IMG/VR virus record: IMGVR_UViG_3300042549_008312
Coordinates: 1 to 64,000 of that record
DNA from: a virus
Reading direction: 5' to 3' (one strand)
Length of the DNA: 64,000 bases
Program-made: the position numbers and the translations under genes
Shown: positions 59,101-64,000 of the stretch, piece after piece
Layout: each line of letters starts with the position of its first letter
How positions within the stretch are numbered: position 1 is the stretch's first letter
Notes under the pieces: model-generated
What the model was told of the DNA's origin: nothing
Database searches by the model: none
The model's input: only the letters and a program-made list of their open reading frames with translations

Positions 59101-59259
59101 TTGAAAAAGTCTACTGTTTAATTTCTTTTTTGATATCCTACCCAAAGGACCAATAAACCCACCGTAGTTTGGGCTACCTGGGTCACCTAAGACAGAGGCT
59201 GTTGATGTTGCCTCACCTTCTTCATTTAATAAACTTTTTAAAAAATCCTCTTTTTTCAT
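56101..59259 (-). CDS. Large acidic multi-domain protein, possible head-internal/scaffold protein
   Basis: E/D-rich; C..FPYC.QG motif; YMFF.NL...GHDWA.DH domain. Confidence 0.65.
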   Translation of the reverse strand: MKKEDFLKSLLNEEGEATSTASVLGDPGSPNYGGFIGPLGRISKKKLNSRLFQTWKDSSVKNGVGVGRIAIPPQGYVKEHIYSTEGALVTEGDLLDWFGGDLKQKPAYNGGQLVAIEPKCLAFPYCSQGAIDKPIKLIGKSKEEMCEGCYGYCSHIAEETGKSPEFVAKLIREKYLAETIDMVKMENINESVIEQLNESIELLDENYTEENKNLENTNTMENIQLTPEFASKCMSGIMENKQLSGCMYETLVQEGFLPETLNEGETYEGYCKTMMEDAEICMEMVKSCMMNEGSSCANEIANYISESYHNKGSMASEQPMYEDAYYAGVDPEEGGIYLEEEGEMVDEAEGINPAIHDQLEYCIKQGHTYDQAKEHVDKAVKEKSEDGKGGWDLSMEDYLEAKEKFGKDKRDGVELEEEGWMNEMDLGEGSFEVDPSYNYFAVNKATGQIFNGWEYSAETDKQSIKDYCVMDIKDNDWAPKDFNLVTASYLKKKGVDPYDSNNWAKNDGISKYMDNLHGTNFAKYGGSNPDYMSPEDRAKYEINELEEGSEDSSRYMFFSNLEQIKRQADVLMKFDHGKIEAILNSGHDWAADHMAVTKENLSHVFDFLMNEIEGEGAPEGDMTPAPMDMTPVGPMGIEGPEDKLMEYSEEDDMEDDNVSVSDQYEREMKYFTNFMNAIEKSMGTVAKALSSDKIKLEFNKYFSERASSRDANANNFIKFIQKTPEESYLEYCDRLFERGPNVNKDEVNPNYSILNLLVSPTKRGFLDKTGLMMDDNLTDALDTVADSQPIVMKKAEFIKSYTEKQDSKYKDTEDDDFSDEEPSTDALKKIEKSGLKNIEKMGNFDVDSGDDIDFLGEAELAKFVDKKGKNVDSENKKSSEKENKEAMKDAEETQETTEEKIDNLKNQKYENNSFEDEAALRQHGRNNMLDLDYTNDASEAFKNRVEKETDGLAPKDHANVDHESKGGKKLKDAVKARRPERDMDYGSKGLNIDKDFSYEKSDALKEDVVSLEIQKMMKMVSYDQNVIFEEKKAKQSNENDVFWKSVSKKKLL

Positions 59260-59597
59260 TAATTGGGTGAATTTCTAAGGTCATTTACCCAGAAACTTCT
59301 TCTGGTCCATAACTGTTTATATAATTGAACCAACACGTTTCTTGTTATTTCAACCACTTTATTTTCAAAATCTTTGTTACCTTTAAAAGTATCTTTTACA
59401 ATATCCTTTACCTTTGTTTCAAACTGAGAACCACGTGTTATGTTTAAGAAATCTTTTATTTCATTCTTAATCAAAACTTTAATATCACTCTTATCCGTTG
59501 GGCTAAGTGCTTCATTAATTGGTGTTTTGTCATCCATTTCAAACAAACATTCTTTCAAATATTGATTTAATTGGCTATCAGTTATTTTAACTTTCAT
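59259..59597 (-). CDS. Hypothetical protein
   Basis: ORF behind TATTTATA; L.K.LW..R.FW. Confidence 0.6.
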   Translation of the reverse strand: MKVKITDSQLNQYLKECLFEMDDKTPINEALSPTDKSDIKVLIKNEIKDFLNITRGSQFETKVKDIVKDTFKGNKDFENKVVEITRNVLVQLYKQLWTRRSFWVNDLRNSPN

Positions 59598-59638
59598 GGT
59601 GCTTTTTATTAATATAAATAGTCTTTAAATCGTAAATG

Positions 59639-60046
59639 TTACAATAAAAGTAGTAATGTTAGTATAAAAACTCCACCGCTAGTTATATAGGAAATATTTC
59701 TTTGTCTTTTATAACCTTTTATATTATGATTTAAATCTGAAATATGTTCGTCTTTTGTTTGAATGACCTTATCTTTAGTGGTTATTATAGTATCTTTTTC
59801 CGTTATAATATGTTTTTGGTCAATGATGATACTATCTTTTTCAACCGACTGTTTGGTTATTAAATTAAGACTATCCCTTGTAACACCTATTTCAGCTTTT
59901 AATAACTTATGGTCCTTTTTGAGGATCAATGCGTTTCTTATTGCCGCACAAGGTACGCAGCAGGTTGAATCACTTAAATTCGTCTGCGAAAGAGCTGGAG
60001 AGCTCACCGCTAGACATAGCATTAATACGATTAATATCTTGTTCAT
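59639..60046 (-). CDS. Signal peptide + coiled-coil + C-terminal TM protein (spanin-like candidate)
   Basis: Overlaps the upstream TM/coiled-coil gene; near amidase. Confidence 0.45.
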   Translation of the reverse strand: MNKILIVLMLCLAVSSPALSQTNLSDSTCCVPCAAIRNALILKKDHKLLKAEIGVTRDSLNLITKQSVEKDSIIIDQKHIITEKDTIITTKDKVIQTKDEHISDLNHNIKGYKRQRNISYITSGGVFILTLLLLL

Positions 60047-60308
60047 GTGCCTTTTTTTCCTTATTTAGTTTATTTTTTAAACCAGCCAACTCAACATTAA
60101 ATGCTGCGATTTTAGCATTTCTATTCTCAACGGATTTGTTTAAAGAATCTATTCTTAGATTACTTTTTGTGATTTTTATATTTAATGAATCAATTGTTTT
60201 TTGATAGTGGCTTGTATCGATTACGTTGTTTTTTTTATTAAAAACACTCGTATAGATTAAAAAACCAATACCCAAAAAAAAGATTAAAAAAAGTATATTT
60301 TTTTTCAT
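59970..60308 (-). CDS. N-terminal TM + coiled-coil protein (i-spanin-like candidate)
   Basis: Topology and context. Confidence 0.45.
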   Translation of the reverse strand: MKKNILFLIFFLGIGFLIYTSVFNKKNNVIDTSHYQKTIDSLNIKITKSNLRIDSLNKSVENRNAKIAAFNVELAGLKNKLNKEKKAHEQDINRINAMSSGELSSSFADEFK

Positions 60309-60871
60309 TATTGTAAAGGGTTTTGTGATTGCTTGTTTTGTGTGATCTTAATCAAATTATTTCTTCCGATTTGTGGGTCGTTATATGATCTACCAATTGT
60401 GTTTAATAAATTTAACAAATCTTGGTTTAAAATCAAGGTTCCACCAATTAAATTAATCTTAGGGTCCTCTTCATCAGTATCAACCACAATCTCTTTAACA
60501 CCATCCAAAGTAGGATTTTTAATGACATCAGCTGTTAATATTACACGACCATTCTCTAACCTGATATTAACGTACGGTAACATCAAACCAGTGGCACCAA
60601 TAAAATCACCAATAGCTTTTGTAAACTCAGTTTTACTTTCATCAGATAACTGAATATCATCAGCTTTACTTAAATAACCAACGGTATTAATATTGTCAAA
60701 TGTTAATTCCTCACCATCCTTTGATTCAACCTCAACAGGTTCTGTTCTAACCATTTCATCGTTTTCATTTAATAATGATTTAGTTTTTTTAGCCGATTCC
60801 TGTAATTGAACCGTTCTTACTTTGTGTAGTAATGATTTAATATCATCGTAGCTTTTATCGTAATTGTTCAT
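60308..60871 (-). CDS. Hypothetical protein
   Basis: ORF. Confidence 0.6.
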   Translation of the reverse strand: MNNYDKSYDDIKSLLHKVRTVQLQESAKKTKSLLNENDEMVRTEPVEVESKDGEELTFDNINTVGYLSKADDIQLSDESKTEFTKAIGDFIGATGLMLPYVNIRLENGRVILTADVIKNPTLDGVKEIVVDTDEEDPKINLIGGTLILNQDLLNLLNTIGRSYNDPQIGRNNLIKITQNKQSQNPLQ

Positions 60872-61481
60872 GTTTGTATTCTTTATTTATTAATTCATTT
60901 ATTTTCTTAAAATCGGCTGCTGGTGACAAATCATAGTTGTTTTTTGTGTAATTACTCCTATTCAATACCCCTTTTTGTAAGTTTGGTTTATTTATAACAA
61001 TATTATTCCCTATAAAATCTTTTATTATGCCGTATTCTATACATAAATAGTCTATTAATTCCGCAAGTTTCGTGTACTGTTCATCGGAATAAGTAGCCCA
61101 ATGTTTTTTATTTCTCCAAGGTATATCAACTACATCACCAAAATATTCAGAACCTTTCCAGGTAAAATATTTATCTAAAGCAAGGTCTTTACTTAACCAA
61201 CCAACATTTTCTAAACAAATTGTTATTGAATTTTTTTCTATTTGCTGTTCCCACATAAGTAGGCTATAGTATTTAGGATCAAAGTGCTGGTAAATTTCTC
61301 CGCTTTGTGAAATAAAAAAACACGGCAATCGGTTGTATTTACCGTTGTACCGTGTTTTAATTTTTACCAAGTACTCACCAATGGTACATGACGTATGTGT
61401 AAGAATTATTTGTTTCTTTTTGGTTTTGTTTTTCTGTATGCTCTCATTACTATCAAAGTAATATTCCTTATTGACCACCAT
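60855..61481 (-). CDS. N-acetylmuramoyl-L-alanine amidase (Amidase_2)-like protein
   Basis: IILTHT, F.I...GEIYQ, NSI.I.LEN, Y...Q...L..L...L, D.SP. Confidence 0.7.
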   Translation of the reverse strand: MVVNKEYYFDSNESIQKNKTKKKQIILTHTSCTIGEYLVKIKTRYNGKYNRLPCFFISQSGEIYQHFDPKYYSLLMWEQQIEKNSITICLENVGWLSKDLALDKYFTWKGSEYFGDVVDIPWRNKKHWATYSDEQYTKLAELIDYLCIEYGIIKDFIGNNIVINKPNLQKGVLNRSNYTKNNYDLSPAADFKKINELINKEYKHEQLR

Positions 61482-62337
61482 CTTTTGTGAAAACCATAAT
61501 ATTTTCTATTCCGTTATTCTTAATTTCATCAGTTTTATCGTAAACAGGATAGTTTTCTAAATCGTTTTCAGTTGGGGTTTCTTCAATAGCGGGTTCTTCG
61601 ACAATTTCTGGTTCTGTGTTAATTTGAATATCTATTAAAGAATCTTCTTCAAAATTATTATCCAGATCATCATCCACATCTTCACCAGTTTCATATGGTG
61701 TGAAAGCTAAAGCTGTTGGTTCATCCTCTAAATCATCTTGAGTAATTTCGGGTAATTTACCCTCTTTACGTAATTCATCAACTTTTTCCCAAACTTTTTT
61801 AGCCTCATCATTTAAATTTGATTGTGTAACCGCATCAGTTATTTGTGTTTGTGTTACAGAATCGGTTATTTGGTCATTTACTGCGGTTGTTGTCTCGTCA
61901 TCTGGTCTTATATAATCAACCAATGATTTAATAAAACCTAAAGCCACTAATGGTAAGATTGCCCCACTAACAATTGACAATATTCTTTTTTGTTCAATGG
62001 GGTCACTATCAACTAAACCAAATAATTCAATCCATGACTGGTAGTTAGTTAAATGGGTATAAGCAAAAAAAGCATTACCCATCGCCTGCATTGCCGTTAA
62101 CATAAAAAATAAGGCCCATACAATACCCTTATTCATTTTCTTAAGGGCTATAATGGATGCTAACGATGCTGCGGCACCAACCTCAAAGGCCAGCGCCAAT
62201 GTTACGGCTAGCCATCTTGGGTTTGATAACTCAAAGAAATCAATTACGTGGATTGTTGATATCAAAGATACCATCACATACAATGTGACAAACGTTCCAA
62301 TTATAAAGTTTCTTGTTAATTTATTTTCTGATCGCAT
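61468..62337 (-). CDS. Multi-TM membrane protein with acidic tail
   Basis: Four TM helices, S..H, ..LP. Confidence 0.65.
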   Translation of the reverse strand: MRSENKLTRNFIIGTFVTLYVMVSLISTIHVIDFFELSNPRWLAVTLALAFEVGAAASLASIIALKKMNKGIVWALFFMLTAMQAMGNAFFAYTHLTNYQSWIELFGLVDSDPIEQKRILSIVSGAILPLVALGFIKSLVDYIRPDDETTTAVNDQITDSVTQTQITDAVTQSNLNDEAKKVWEKVDELRKEGKLPEITQDDLEDEPTALAFTPYETGEDVDDDLDNNFEEDSLIDIQINTEPEIVEEPAIEETPTENDLENYPVYDKTDEIKNNGIENIMVFTKDGGQ

Positions 62338-63863
62338 TAATTCAAAATTGTTTTAAATATGTTTTTTGTTTCGTTAATTTCTTCCATAACCTCATCAAGT
62401 GAGTCTTCTTTTTTACCCAAAGGAGCTTTTAATAATTTAGCGACCTCACCTTGCGTAACCAAATCACCGTGAATAATTTGTTCTTCAGCCTCACCCATAA
62501 CAACATGTTTGTTAATGTTTCTGATAACAACATTTGCTGTTGTTGTGATTACATCCAAATTACCGATGATACTATCTTTAGTACCCTGCCAAAGAGCAAT
62601 ATAATTTACAGCGTATTTTAAACCTGGTACGTCAAAAGATTTTAAAACAACATATGCAACTGATTCAGCTTGTAATTCCAAAACTTTAGGTAGGTCTCTA
62701 CCAACATACGCATCCAAAATATGTTTTGATTTTTCACTTAAATTACCATCTTTAGTTTCTTCAGCCTTGGCTTTTGTTTTTAAAAATTCCTGGTGCATTA
62801 ATTCATGGGCAAATTCGTGTATGGCTGTTGAAGCTTTACCAACACCAACAGCATCGCTAGAGATTCTAACTTTACCACCAGCTGAATAACCTTTTTCACC
62901 ACCTTTGGAATCTTCAACAGCGAAATCAATACCATAATCTTGGTAAACTTTAACCATCGCATCAAAGATCTTATCAGCAACTTCATTTTCTTCAGTACTA
63001 AACCAGTCTAGTTTTGGTTTTTCAACAGAAGAAGCACCTTCACCTTTATCATTAACAACATCGGCAGTATCATAAACAGGATATAGTATATACGGCATTG
63101 ACGCAACTGGATCATTCATCATTTTTTCCATTTTTTGTTGCATATCTGGGGATAATTTACCACCTTTACCAAACTTCTTCATGAATTCCTCTTTTCTAGT
63201 TTTTTTATCTAGAGCCGTAGGCGGTTTAAGTGTTGGTCTCCAAATAATAATTTGTTGAGCACCTTCTTTTGGGGCATAACCTAATTTAGACCAACCAGAT
63301 CTTGAATTAACTTTTGTCGCATCCCTTTTTTGAATATAAATCAAAATTTGGTTATTGAATGAATAACCTGGAAATTTAGCCAACCAGTCAAAATATTCTT
63401 TAATCTTCCCAGTTAAAGTAACGCTATCAACCTCATCAGCCAATTCATTAATAAAGCCCTCAATCTTTTTAATAATGTCATCTTTTGACACATCAGACTC
63501 GGGTGCAATAGGTGCTGACATAACAGCATCTTTAACATCCTCGAGCTTTTGTATTAACTCATTAGCTTCGTTTGAACCACCTAAAGATTTATTTGCTTCC
63601 GCAACAGCTCTTTTAGCTATCTCAATAACAGCCTCAATCGGTTTAAACTTATCGTTCAACCACCATTGTTTATTGGTGCCGTCCCACATAAAACCGTTTC
63701 TCTTTAATATATCTTTAGCTGCGATTACTTCTTTTGTAGCAGCATTAGGCTCTTCTAAATCGGAGACAACAATAACTCTGTTTGACCCGAATTGATCTTT
63801 AACGACTTTAGCTAAAGTTAAAGCCTCATTAATTGATGATTTTGTGTGTTTAAATACTAACAT
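62337..63863 (-). CDS. ArdC-like ssDNA-binding domain + zincin (HExxH) domain protein
   Basis: YSFNNQILI..Q, W..LG...K.G, VYD; IHEFAHELMH, E.QAESVAY, YI..W. Confidence 0.75.
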   Translation of the reverse strand: MLVFKHTKSSINEALTLAKVVKDQFGSNRVIVVSDLEEPNAATKEVIAAKDILKRNGFMWDGTNKQWWLNDKFKPIEAVIEIAKRAVAEANKSLGGSNEANELIQKLEDVKDAVMSAPIAPESDVSKDDIIKKIEGFINELADEVDSVTLTGKIKEYFDWLAKFPGYSFNNQILIYIQKRDATKVNSRSGWSKLGYAPKEGAQQIIIWRPTLKPPTALDKKTRKEEFMKKFGKGGKLSPDMQQKMEKMMNDPVASMPYILYPVYDTADVVNDKGEGASSVEKPKLDWFSTEENEVADKIFDAMVKVYQDYGIDFAVEDSKGGEKGYSAGGKVRISSDAVGVGKASTAIHEFAHELMHQEFLKTKAKAEETKDGNLSEKSKHILDAYVGRDLPKVLELQAESVAYVVLKSFDVPGLKYAVNYIALWQGTKDSIIGNLDVITTTANVVIRNINKHVVMGEAEEQIIHGDLVTQGEVAKLLKAPLGKKEDSLDEVMEEINETKNIFKTILN

Positions 63864-63867
63864 TTGA

Positions 63868-64000
63868 TTATTTGTTTTCCAAAGCGTTTATTTCTTTATC
63901 GATTTCAGCTTGTCTGGTAACATCTAACATTTTTCTATCGGTTGATTGGATCATACGTTTTTCGGTTCTAAGACCTTCAAGTCTTAAATCTTCGTGTGTG
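63868..64000 (-). CDS. C-terminal part of a hypothetical protein
   Basis: ...LEGLRTEKRMIQSTDRKMLDVTRQAEIDKEINALENK*. Confidence 0.55.
   Translation of the reverse strand, partial: THEDLRLEGLRTEKRMIQSTDRKMLDVTRQAEIDKEINALENK

Overview
AT-rich (GC roughly one third), gene-dense, mostly minus-strand segment of a large tailed-phage (jumbo/huge phage) genome using the standard genetic code. The host is probably Bacteroidota, since TTTG-N~20-TAnnTTTG promoters recur and the tmRNA tag starts with GE. The window is dominated by translation and RNA-protection functions: SmpB plus tmRNA with an unusual tag, two ClpP paralogues, an RNA end-healing/sealing cluster (two RNA ligases, polynucleotide kinase, HAD and metallophosphatases), two tRNA groups, and a TROVE/vWA-like (DUF2828) protein. 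It also has an acyl-amino-sugar/glycosyltransferase cluster, a T5 A1-like nuclease, Gly-X-X Ser/Thr repeat fibre proteins, and a possible lysis cassette. Most striking is a candidate ribosome-dependent transcription attenuator upstream of the main tRNA operon (33681-33810). Its 21-codon leader uses, in its first 15 codons, almost only codons read by the tRNAs of that operon, and it overlaps mutually exclusive antiterminator/terminator hairpins. This would be a sensor that switches on phage tRNA supply when those tRNAs are depleted or cleaved. The same operon carries a circularly permuted tRNA-Arg(UCU)-like RNA, a family of stem+CAGCA-motif small RNAs (one copy directly behind the DUF2828 gene), several atypical tRNAs and several unexplained structured spacers. 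All calls were made by eye and no database searches were run.
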